A stretch of 64,000 nt of DNA, from positions 20,650,857 through 20,714,856 of the forward strand of contig OZ316893.1 of the NCBI GenBank assembly GCA_973895155.1. Reading direction: 5' to 3'. Made by a program: the position numbers and the translations under genes. The notes beneath the pieces were generated by a model, which ran no database searches, was not told the DNA's origin, and saw nothing but the letters and a program-made list of their open reading frames with translations. Positions 1-15,325 of this stretch are shown in pieces (position 1 is the first letter of the stretch; every line of letters begins with the position of its first letter). Source of the stretch: Marsupella aquatica (lineage: Eukaryota; Plantae; Marchantiophyta).

Positions 1-319
1 ATATTGGTAATGTTATTTTTCTCCTCAGATCTGATAGTCTGGGATCCTCCGGACTCTCGTGCGTGTGATACGCATCTTCGCGAAGATCAATAATTAAGCA
101 CAAAGCTAGAAATTTGTATCAATGCATACTTAGTCATTGACTCTTCGAGCTGATCAACACGGCACCAACCTAGACATTTTTTAACAATGAAGTAGCCATA
201 TATAGACTCATCGGGTACCGTTTGTACCTATATATCTATAAATGCCACATTGCCCAAGCTACGTCAAGCTTAGCTTATCAGATACTTTTATGCTTATCCT
301 TATGTCCTAATCACGCTTT

Positions 320-3300
320 CATCAGATTTGCGGAGCAGACGTTCCATCGATCGAGATATAAGATGACAAAATCAAATTGAAAATGATGAGCACATTCTTC
401 TGGAGAAAGCACTCCGAAAAAAGCACATCCAGTAAGCTTTCCTTCCGATTGTGCCCCACCTTAACTTCGTGGAATGAAGACGGACGTACAGCCAATACTA
501 CGATGGCCATCCATAAGCGAGTGATACAGCTCATTGATATGTAGTTCAAGCTTGAGCTGATCAATTTAGCAAGAACCTAAAACTTTCTACACAATGCATG
601 TCATTAGTTCATGCTTCGAGCTCATCAATACAGCATGACCCTAGATTTTTCTATACAATGAATTAGTACTACTGAAGTAATACGCATGAATTTACCTGCC
701 CAGGCCATGAAAGCTAAACTAACTGCATGGTACTGAAGAACGGCCTTTCAACCTTGCAGTAGAGCCCAGTTGTTAGAGCTCATGCGACACAAGCTCGATG
801 CAGACAACTCGTCACCTGTCTGCACCGGATCTTTGATATATATACCTCTGCATCAGTCTCTAGAGAGGTGTTTCCCCGACGTGTTCATGAAATTCCAAGT
901 AGAGGGACGGCTTCATTTCATTCGCGGTGAAAACTTTGTAGCTTTTCATGGTAGCCTCGTCGCATTTGCGAGTCTGTTACGTCCAACCTTGTTTCGTTTG
1001 TACATACATTCTTGTAAGTAAATATCTAATGTCCTAATCATGCTGTTTCATCAGATTTGCGGGAGTACACATTCCATCGAGATATAATAAGATGGAAACA
1101 TGAACTCTAAGATGGTGAACATGTTCTTCTTGTAGATAGCACTCTGAAAAAAGCAAATCCAATAAGTGGAAGAGTTCCGATTGGCCCCACCTTTGTGGCC
1201 GGGATGGAGATGGGAAGCCAATACGATGGCCACCCGAGACCTCGTCTACCAGACAAGGAGACAAAGGGCCAACATATGTGACGTCTATTTCAACACACTG
1301 TGCTCCCGGCTTTGATGTGGTACCGTGATCGATCACGCAATTGGAGTCAGTCGGGTGTATGTGGCTGCAGGACTTGCGGTACCTGTATCTTGCCGGAGAG
1401 GAGCCCGTGAGGTCGCCAAACGGGCAGCGAGAAGTCATACTGTTTCTCCAAAACGAGAAGTTTTCTGACGATCAATGACGTATCGGACCGTGGGCGACTA
1501 CGTCACGTCGCATCGATCCCCGTTGGTGCCCGGATACTTTGGAGGCACCATTGTGAACGGGAAGATACGGCCATTTCTGGACGATAACATGCTACCAGCT
1601 TCCACCTCTCGCTGGACAAGGAGAACATAACATGCATCCAAATTCCGTAAGAAAGTCTAGCTAGCTAGCTACCTATGACCAATGTTTCTTCCCGTTCATC
1701 AAAATGGTGTCAACGACAAATCATAACGTTAGCTAGCTTCCAGCAACGTTAGCTAGTTAACGTTCCAGCAACGTTAGCTAGCTTCCAGCAACGTTATGGA
1801 AGCTAGGCAAGGCGCTTTGTCCGCGGCCGGGTAACTGATGGATCGATCCTTCGTCAGAAACAACTTGTCTTGGAGAAATTGTATGATTTCACGTTCTTGT
1901 TTGACAACCGACGGGCTCCCCTCCGTCACTTCTACGGACGATATAAGGTCCCGTATATAAGTCCCGTATATAAGTCCAATTGTGTGATCGATCATGCTAC
2001 GAAGTAAAGCTGGCAGCGCAGCGTTTGGATAGATGTAATCCTTCGTTACATATATACGCTGGCCGTGTCTCCTTTTCTAGCAAACCAGCCCTCGGGATGG
2101 CCGGCCATCGTATTGGCTTTCCGTCTCCATTTCTTGAAGGTAGGGCACAATCCGAACCCCTCCGCTTAGTACTGGATTTGCTGTTTGCAGAGTCCTATCT
2201 ACAAGGAGAATGTGTTCTCCCGCTACGACTTTATTTTTCCATCTTACGTACGTGGGTGGCAGTTAATTGACTTTTGAGAGTCTGGCTCGGTATTCGCTAT
2301 CAGGATGGATAATGAGTCCTCTCTGTGTAAGTTTTCAATAGAAAGCTTAATTAGAAGTTCCGAAAGGGAAGATTAATATACACAAAAGAGCGGTGGCCAG
2401 TTGAACGACTAAGTAGGCCAGCTGAACGACTAACTAGGTGAACCCGATCAATTAGGGGCTATTAGGTAGAGTAACCGTAAGCAGGACAAGAGCCAGCTGC
2501 CTTTGTCAATGTGCACTAATGTGAACGGTAATCGGCTCACTAACTGAGTCATCAGCGAGATTTTTAAGGGAAAGACAAAACGGCGCACATTACAGATCCG
2601 TTTTGTCCTGATCTTCAACACTCTCCGGGCGTGTCTGTGATTGAAATTCAGGATCTCGACTGGAGAACTTAATGATGATGTTGTAAATCAGCAGCTTCAG
2701 TACGTCAAATGGAAGTTAGCGAAAGTCATGCGAGTTTGTCACCGTTGATCGACGTAAGTATGTAGTTCTGACTCTGATGATCATGAAAAGTATATTTTCT
2801 TTCCTTTCGAGCACGAGCTTGCACGCATATCATGTGCAATTGTCTTTCTTGGAATTTTCGGGGTCTGGCTGGGAATTCGCTATGAGCATAGATAATGAGT
2901 CCTCTTTAGGAGTGTCTGTGATTGAAATTAAGGGTGCATGTCGACAGGAGAACTTACTGGATGAGAACTTACTGGATGATATTGCAAGCAGCTTCAGTGA
3001 AAGTGGGAGTAAGGCAAGGTTATCCGAGTTTGTGTCAATTTGACTTATGTAGTCCTGACTTTTATGCGAACTGTTCTTTTCTTTCCAGGAGTAACTTGCT
3101 ATGTGCAACTGCCTTTCTTGGAATTCTCCGGGTTTGCAGGGGACTCTCTGGAACGATGAAATAATTATATGACAAAACCTCTGATCGTTCGTATGTGATG
3201 TACATAAACAGTGTACAAAGAGTGCTTACAAGGAATGATCGTATATTAGACGTCTTACTGAGGTGAATCTGAGACGAAGGCATCACAAGATAAAGATCAG

Positions 3301-3770
3301 TGGTTGAAATATATCTAGTCAAAGTTGAAACGATGTAGAAGCACCTATGCATCTATAAATGATCGTCCTCCTGGATCAGGTGCGCCAACATTCTCATCAG
3401 TAGTTTGCTGCTACTGTATCACATTGACGGGAATTGATACTTTTGCATTAAATACATCTTGTTAAGTTGATGTACAAGTCAAATCTGGCCGTATATATAT
3501 TAACTTTCGTAGGTCGAATCTCGGGTGCAATGGTCAAATGCAATAAGAAAAAAACTTTACCCTTTTGTGCTCGATTTAATGTCTCGCAAAGGATCCATAA
3601 GTACGGTACCACATCAAAGCCGGCAGCGCAGTGTGTTGAAATAGACGTCACATATGTTAGCCCTTTGTCTCCTTGTCTGGTAAACGAGGTCTCGGGTGGC
3701 CATCGTATTCGAAAAAACCTTTACCCTTTTGTGCTCGATTTAATGTCTCGCAAAGGATCCATAAGTACCT
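320..3770. repeat. Locally dispersed, degenerate repeat cluster in both orientations
   Basis: Related blocks lie at ~320-510 and ~1050-1325, with inverted copies at ~2000-2230 and ~3600-3710. For example, 1220-1325 is the reverse complement of 3602-3708. A second block type recurs at ~2280-2330, ~2620-2780 and ~2860-3060. Confidence 0.75.
1726..1806. repeat. Short tandem repeat (aacgttagctagcttccagc-like, ~20 bp unit)
   Basis: About four degenerate consecutive copies are visible. Confidence 0.8.
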
Positions 3771-5089
3771 GACAAATGAGAGTTGAACTGGGACATGGGC
3801 TGCAGGTGTCATTTCTCTGCGCAGCATTGGACAAGGTGCTCAAGGAACATGGCGCTGCAGAAGTATTGAAGCTGTGACTTTCATTCCTCCTGTCGTTCCA
3901 GATCTGTCAATTTCTTTGGGCATCAGTTCTATTCAAAGCGACCCCGAGTGTGGTATCCTTGGCATGTTTGATTACATATGGATACGTTTAAGCCCTCAAC
4001 TTTTCTATGGAATTGGCGTTGTATGCATATTTTCTTCACATTAATTAATTGATAATTAACATGGAGCAACCAAAGGTAGGCTACTGGTTCCTAATACTGT
4101 GACAGGACAATGTGATAGGCTAGGTCTAGCGTAGAGATGAGCAGTTTTCATTGCATGGAGGTTTACTTCGACATCACCTTCATGACTGTTTTTCTTATGA
4201 GGGTAACCATTCGTACTCGATCCATGGAGTACTTTTTCATCTACACGGTCAACTACTTGGCCATTCCTTAATTGCATTGGAGCTGATCCTTGACGATTCA
4301 TGATCGACCGGTTAGCAATGGATCTAGCTTGGAGATGTAGGACGTTCGGACTGCTTCAGCCCAAGCATGGGAGGCGCGCGGCCAATTCAAAGTCTTGATC
4401 TCTGAGCTCAATTCAGGATTGTGGGCTAAATTCAGGTTAATTTGTGGCTGCAGATATATCGGGGTTAGTTATCGTTTTTGAACCTTGGCTGTCGGAGAAA
4501 CCGTTCGTTATTAGTTTACAAAGTTCCGATACAAGTACTCCTCCCAGAGACAAAGGACAACAAAAGGCTTGAACGTGCAGGACATCGTTGCACGCCCTAA
4601 ACAATAAAACGTCTGTTCACCATATAATAACGATAGTGGCATTGGAAAAGTTGTGCACATCAATCATGACACAGCTCCTAGACTTTGCACTCATAATTAT
4701 ATTAATTTGACACCATTTCAGAAAGGCCCTTGATTGTGTTTGGTCACACTCAGTCTTAATTCCACACATTTGGAACGTTCCAAATGTGACTGGAACTTCA
4801 TAAAATCTGAATGAGTACTCGTATGATCCATATGCATCCCAGTTGCAAAAGTCCATCCCGTACATTTTGGCGACCATGGAGGTCCATCCCAGCTTCAAAA
4901 AGGGGCTGGCTAAGTATGCTTTTGGATAGAGTCCAAAAGAGAGGTTTCTGTCATAAAGTTGTTGACAACTTGACTACCCCGTGGAACAAGACGTCAAGCT
5001 AGTGTCCTTTTGAAAATGCCGTAAGTATGCAAAAAATTGCATTTTGAAAACACAGTTTGAATACAGAACCCCTCTCTAGAGCTATGTTA

Positions 5090-5790
5090 ACGTAATTGAT
5101 CAAGTATTACACATCCACAGGAACCCGTGTGGCGCTCAGCTACAGTATCTTCTATGAATTAATAACGTTTATCATGCATGTCTTGTACATACGACATCCG
5201 ATAACAGAGTACGTGAGGGGACGTGTCCATTATTTGCATCAATCTTGGGAGCCTACTTCCTTGCGGCGTGCCCGCTCACGGTGGTGAGATTAACAAGAAT
5301 ACTGCGTGCTGGCGAATGATTGTGAGCGCGTCCGGGTGTGATTTACAGGTGCGCACACAATTGGCAACATGCATTGCAATATGACCGATAGCTGTACAAT
5401 TTTCCACAGGTGCGGGGGGCGGGGATCGATTCAAAAGGTAGCTAGACCCCACCCACGCCGCTGAACTGAAAACTGAGTGCCGGCCCCTTCCGCGACGAGA
5501 GTCAACAATCATCGTGCAATTGACCCAACTCTCGGCAAGGACACTTTCAACAGTAATTAACTATCAAAGTAACGTGGTTGCCCATCGCGGCACCTTCATC
5601 TCCAGCGCCACACGCGAACAGCTCGGAATTCGTCGTCCAGGAGAGCTCCGGTCCACAGTCCCCGTTCTTGTAGGACTTCGCTCCATCCATGACCAGGATA
5701 TATATATGGCCACTTGCCCGTATCTCTGCCCTAGTCTGGAGGAAGACAAAGACCGCCAAACTGGTGTTTTGAACCCTCCAGATGATCCTT
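5090..5790 (+). pseudogene. Decayed class III peroxidase paralog fragment (end of intron 3 plus exon 4)
   Basis: 'tttacaggtgcgcacacaattggcaac' (acceptor plus GAHTIGN) at ~5342-5368 matches 12890-12916. Further matches are 'gagctccggtccacag' vs ~13187 and 'cgccaaactggtgttttgaac' vs ~13286. Many indels break the frame. Confidence 0.85.
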
Positions 5791-8449
5791 CGGGTGAGAG
5801 AGCTCCTGCACATTAGTTTACTGTAGTACACAAGGACAATTCATCACACAGCAGTGTTGGGGGAATTATTTTAAGAAGTTATGCAGTTTGCCTTCCGGTG
5901 CTTAAAACAGTAATTTGCATATCATCATACCCCCCAAAAACAAAAACAAAAAACAGAATATGCTCCATTTCGTGTGCAGACTACGGATTGCTGTGCTATG
6001 TCATACTCGGGAATATGCATTTGAATTCAAGAATTGTCGACGAATGAGCAGCTCACCGTGGCCTGCTCCGCTAAGGAAGCTACATCCCTCACAAGTTGGC
6101 AAATGAAGGACACTGTGGCCTACTCGATCCAATGAGGATGGGTACATCGACATGTCGGGAAATGAGGCTAGATTATTAACGCGCTAACACCTGTAAAATT
6201 CCCAGCGATCATCAAGAACGTGCCAGGTACTCGAATGCTTCAAATTCGTCACCATGCAACAGACCTGATCACATTCTGGATAACGTTTTGATGAGAATAT
6301 ATGGCAAAATTAAAAAATTAATGAGAAGAAAGATACAAAGCAGCCAGAAAGTGAACCGAGGGGAATACTATTTAGCAGAAAAAGGAGGAACTACATTATT
6401 TTGCGTACTTGAATCTAGGGATGAGCAAAGGCTCTCGCCTGCTAGCTAGCTGGCCCCGGCCCCTGATCAGGGCTTACGTGACACGACGTACGTACAGTCC
6501 CAAACCAAAGCCTTCGGCTGAATTGTAGCAGTTTTGTCAGATGTCCATTTATATATTTTACTTGCACCGATCGATCGTCTATATATATATATTTCCCCGG
6601 CCTTGAGTTGTAATGAAACTCCTGACTCTAAGATTAAACTTTGGAAATTCGAAACAGTACATATCACCGCCATAATCGGGCGAGGAATAGTTTAGTTTGA
6701 CAAATTGAGTAGTGCTGCGAAGGACTTCTATATGCTCTCCATTAATTTAAGGAAACATGGCAGTTTCGCATTTTCATTTGCTGCATTAGAGCCCCCCCCC
6801 CGGCCCACCCACCAAAAGACAAAACTAGTTGGCAGTCTTGCAGCAAATGGGAGCTAGAGGGGGAGGATGCCGAAGGGAGTTCATTCCCGTAGAAAGAGGC
6901 CGCATACGCATCAAGGTTAGGATACTAGGAAACCCTCGTTTTTTAGTGTTCCAGGAAGTAGGAAGTGCAGGGTGGACAAGAGCATCGGATCTCATGAAGC
7001 GAAGTAGCACAGTAGATCTTCCCCATATATGAAGAGCGATCGAAGGCATTCTACCTTTTATACTGCCATATACATATCCTGTGGATCGGCCAGTTGCAAA
7101 GATAAAGAGATTTGCATGATAACTCAAGCCCCTCGGTGGTAATCTCTGCCTTGTGAGAAACTCATGATAGTGTTCCAGGAGCGCCGCGCGCTGTCACTAT
7201 TTGTTCTACTGAAAACAAACGAACCACATTGCGATCTCGAGAGCCAACTGCTTGTCCGTTCGAGAATAAGACCCAAGCCATAACCTTGAACTTCCCTAGC
7301 TTGTACCTAACAATTCAAGCTGGCTACAACAAGATGTCCAGGACTGGGGCTAGAAATTTCCAGCCCCCACCTTAATTGACATATATTAAGAAACGGGGGA
7401 CAATGTAGTAGTATAAACAGAAACGTACTTAGCTTATACACCATGATCAATTCTTGGGATATAATCTTCTTCACGTACGTTAAGTAGGACAGTGTATCGA
7501 CTGTTCTCCCTGCGACGTACCCGGTGTATGGACAGATAACGTACAGCAACAACATATTTCTTGTCTAAGCCTTCTTTACGGTCTGGAACCATATATGGCT
7601 GCTTCTTGACATGAGGGAGCCCTCACTTCGCTCCGGAACCATGGTGACCTATTTCTTGACATGCCGAAGCACTCGCTAGGTCAGGGCTATTATGGAATGC
7701 AATCTTGATTTCAATCCCTGGCAAATATTTGTGTAACTATTGGTCTAGGACTCACCAAAAATGGAACTATATATCAATTAATTAGAGTTCAGTATGTGTA
7801 AATGGATTGGGGGTCCATTGAGTTTCTTCGCCTGTCGACACTGTACGGTCTGAAGCGGCTACATACATTTGGAAGGATCGTCTTGACTAACTGTCTTACA
7901 TACTCTGATAGTAAAGGTGAGATGGTTATCTCCATTGCTTTGGTATTCTCAAGTAAACCCTAAATCCCATCAGCTCGTTTCCAATTGCAACTCCTTGAGT
8001 TCATCAAAAGGAGGTTTCCAATTGCAAACTCATTCATCGAAAGTTTTAATAGAAGGTTGTGCTTTTATACCTATACCGTGTAGTCATTCAAATTTACAAT
8101 GCCCCCAAAATGATAAAGATGCCTCCAAAATGTAACAAAAATAAAATAAAAAGAACATTTAATTAGCTTGAATGACAATGGACTACACAGTTTCCAAGCA
8201 AGAAGGGATACAACATGACAAAGGAAATGGATTCCAAAAAAGAAGTGATCCTACAGGACAAAGGAAATTAACTCTCTCAAAGCACTAGGGTCAAATTTAA
8301 ATCATTGGATATTAACTTTCTTTTTTGAAAAAACTTAAAGTACAAATTAATAGAATATATTAAATACGTACTTATTTATTTAAAAATTAAAGAAAACAAA
8401 AAACATTTTTTTCTACATGATCCTGTTCTTATCATTTGGTTGCAGGTTT

Positions 8450-9450
8450 CGGACTCTATGATGTGGGTGGCCATTATCTCGCATCTAAAATTTTTGTGCA
8501 GTGCACACCAAGTTATTATCATCACCATAACAACTTTACACTACCTTGACATGGCTTTGTTCTCAATGTTTTTCCTCACATTGACATCTTTATTTCATCA
8601 TGACCATTTCTTCTCACCTCAACATTTTTTGGCATGCCACCGCACCTACTTTATCCTTCTTTGATATGTTTTCCTCACCTTTCCATTTTTTCTCACATTG
8701 ATATATTTATCTTATCACTAGTGACATGTTTTTGTTTAAGAGTATAGACGACAATCGCAACGGCAAACCCATGAACCATCCAACGTACAAGAGTTGACAT
8801 AGAGAGATACGTGGTTCACCTCCACATGAGGTTACGTCCACGGGAACACACACGAGCTTTATTACACTTAGGCCGACCGGCCATACCAAACATCCACAGC
8901 GCAAGCTCTCTCTATCTCTCAACTATCTCCATAACAATGAGCCTGAGTTCCCACTCTCCAAGCAAACATGGCTTGGTTATAGAGTGTGCACAACATGACT
9001 AACCTAACTAAGTAACAATGAGCCTGAGTTCCCACTCTCCAAGCAAACACCGCTTGGTTATAGAGTGTGCACAGCATGACTAACCTAACCAAGTCTGCGA
9101 CTAAGGTTAGCCTTAACTACGGTACAGTCGTAACTCTAGACCTAAGAGTAAATCCTAACATTTTTTAATCCTCAACACTTTTTCTTTTTAGCCTCGATAT
9201 TTTTTCTCACCCTGACATCTAAGTACATTTTCCTCACCAGTCCTTGACATTTGTATCTCACCACAATATCTTTCTTTCACTCTCTACATCTTTTACTCAT
9301 CTTTACATCTTTTCTTTGATCATCTTGATGTCTCCTTCTTTAGCTCATCTACATATTTTTTCTCACCTTGACATTTATTTCTTTCATTGACACATCTTTT
9401 TCCAGCTCAATATTTTTTGTCCAATGCACTGGCATCATTAGGCTCTTCTA
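8450..9450 (+). mobile_element. Non-autonomous Helitron-like element with internal pyrimidine-rich minisatellite, interrupted by a solo LTR
   Basis: It shares the 5' segment (gactctatg...atctcgcatct...tgtgca) and 'tttctcaccttgacat' units with the copies at 20010 and 55778. Its 3' end 'aatgcactggcat' resembles the Helitron subterminal motif. Confidence 0.6.
8733..9160 (+). mobile_element. Solo LTR, copy 1, with an internal ~80 bp tandem duplication
   Basis: It has TG...CA ends (tgtttaag...cctaaca) and imperfect T-rich flanks (gtttt/ttttt). It is homologous to 34620-34962 and 52701-53049. Confidence 0.8.
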
Positions 9451-10009
9451 ACCATAATTAACATAAAGAAAACCAAATAGGCTGAAATTGCCCCGCGCGA
9501 GCTGAAACCTAAATATGTGTAGCTCTTGAAATGGAACCCATGACCAGGATGAACATCAATGCCCTATGTTTGGTTTGCTTTTGCACCTACTGCATGCCTA
9601 GATGAACACAAAACGGTCAATACCGGCTGCCTGTAGAGACTACCTCAGTCTCATCCCATCCAGGTCTATCCTGACTGGTTGTTTTTATCCTCAAGAAAAT
9701 ATATAAAAACAATTAATGCTGAAGTACCAAAAAAACCAATGAGGGAGACATGGTCCCAATGGCAAAGCAACCCCCTGAGCAACCCATTAAAGGGAGGGAA
9801 AGGCAAGCAGAAAAGGTCCCAAGACACCCAAGAGGTCAAACAGGCCCAAGAATACCCCACAATAACTAAGGAGGAGGGGTGAGGAATTACCATGCAATTA
9901 AAGGAGCAAAGACATGGTAAAGAGAAATAAAGAGCTCTTACAAAATGGTGCCCCATAGAGGACTAACAGAAAGCCAAGCTCTGCTCAGGTCCGTCCTTTA
10001 ACAATGGTT

Positions 10010-10158
10010 CTTCCTTTAACAATCACGTAATCTCTACCAAGTTCATGGGCATTTTAAAATTAATTTTTGTATTTGATAAATAGAGATTTAACAGTGGTTC
10101 ATCCTTTAACAATCATGTAATCTCTACCAATTTCATGGGCATTTTTAAATTACTTTTT
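10010..10158. repeat. ~83 bp tandem duplication
   Basis: 'cctttaacaatca..taatctctaccaa..tttgtatttgataaatagagat' occurs twice. Confidence 0.85.
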
Positions 10159-10331
10159 GTATTTGATAAATAGAGATCATGAATAACAGTTGTTCCAAAC
10201 GCGTTTAGAGCTACGTGTGTACAGAACGCAATAGTAAAAAAGAAGCATTCATTTGGATCAGAAGCAAACAGTTATTGCTTTATCGATGGGAATAGAAATG
10301 TTCGGCAATCCGGCGGACAGCTTAAAGCACT

Positions 10332-10497
10332 GAGGACCATTTTGAGATCAGCAGTCCATTTCTCGCCTTTCCTAAGGCGATACCAGGACCATTACGCTTG
10401 TGAGATCAGCACCCATCGCTCGCCTTCCTAACTAAAGGCGATACGAGGACCATTCTGAGATCAGCACCAGTTCTCGCTTTCCTTAAGGCGATACGAT
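10332..10497 (+). repeat. Three degenerate ~55 bp tandem units just upstream of the peroxidase ATG
   Basis: 'aggaccatt...gagatcagca...ctcgc..tcct.aaggcgatac' occurs three times. Confidence 0.8.
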
Positions 10498-10562
10498 TCA
10501 CAGTGAGCTGCACTTCTCGCCGTCCCTACGCGATCGATACGATTCGTACTGAGTTGCTAAGA

Positions 10563-13867
<3,305 letters not shown>

Positions 13868-15139
13868 CCTCATCATCAGCCCGTCCAGTACTCTAAAGTT
13901 TGCAGCCCCGACACCAAGTCCAGAGCTAGCCACAACTCCAGTACGTTCCCATGATCGACAACTTCTCGTGTCCGGCTCCGGTTCCCCTGCAAAGTATGGA
14001 GACCATCAAGAGTATTCATACAACAGTCTTCTCCGTATCATATTGGCGCTGATTTAAGCCATCCAACCAGCCTAGTCCTCATGGCTTCCGCCCAACCCGG
14101 CGGGTTCCCTGGATCGGAGCCACCAATGCCACTTAATTCGGCAATCATCGATCCCTCCTGGCCAACTGGAAATCCGGCCCATGTTGCTAACCGTCCGCGC
14201 ATGGTTTCTGCCGCAAGCCCAGTGTTCCATGGTCGTGGAGTGATCATCAAATGTGAAGGACTTGAATAGAGTTTAAGTGACCTTCTTTCATAGCTAGCTG
14301 CTTGACAAAACTACTCGCTCGCTAGGTCCATCCCTGATCCACATGATGAGAGCAACGCCATGCTCATGCATTATTTTAGAAGGAGTCTAGTTCATTCAAA
14401 GTTAGAATGAATTAAGAGTAACTGCTCATATATAGGACATAGCTGGAAGACATGAGGAAGATTGATTGATTTATCGTCACAAGACATGAATAAAGTGTAC
14501 AGACTACTCTGTCTCAACCTTGGTCCGTGTATACTATGTGGATTACCCCTTCCAAGGGAATCGAATTCACAGACACTTTTAAGGGAGATGTCTTGACTCT
14601 CTCCAGATCGAACCATGTTCTCTGTTGCTCAGGAACCTTAGACAGATCTGCTTTGATTTTTTCGCTAGGGAACACTGCAAGTTATCAGAGCTAGTACAAT
14701 GAAGGTCCAGAGCTAACAAACACCAAACCCAGAAGCATGTGCAAATTAAAGGCAAAGAGCTTTGGATACTACCTAGTGCTTGGGGACACCATGCAACAAC
14801 GCAATGTACACCTTTGGCGCGGTATTTTATATGTCGAGTGAGTGGTAGGGTAGAACAACTGAAGCTTATTAAAGGGGCCGACACACTTGGTTGGGTTTAA
14901 AAAATCAAAGTTCGAGCTGCTCTCGTTCTTGTATTTTGTGCTTGGGGGAAACAAAACCAAAAAACAAATCAGTGTGAGATAGTGGGTAAAACTTCTAAAT
15001 GTGTTCTCTACACTATCAATGAAAAAAATCATTTGCACATGAGTGAACATGAGTGATAGTCGATAAACCTTGCATGTTTACTCTTGAAAATGCATGAGAT
15101 TGTGGGACTAATTAAGGTGGTGGGCGAAGGGCCTTTAGA

Positions 15140-15325
15140 AGGAGGCTTCAGAGTTACTGGCTGGAGACTGGAGGGCTATGGTGGCATGTAGGCCAGCTAG
15201 ATAGGTAAGGGCTAGCTGGAGGGCGGAGGGCTACGGGATGGAGGGGGGAGAGCAATGGATGGAGGGCGGAGGGCTATGGAATGGAGGGGTTATACAGTGC
15301 TATGGGATGGAGGCTGTAGGGCTAT
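15140..15325. repeat. G-rich degenerate tandem repeat (ggagggc..atgg)
   Basis: Repeated 'ggagggcggagggcta(c/t)gg' units are visible. Confidence 0.6.

Noticed and set aside
3770-4900. Possible minus-strand gene fragments (ORFs 4056-4301 and 4617-4898)
   Set aside because: I found no recognisable domain and no consistent exon chain.
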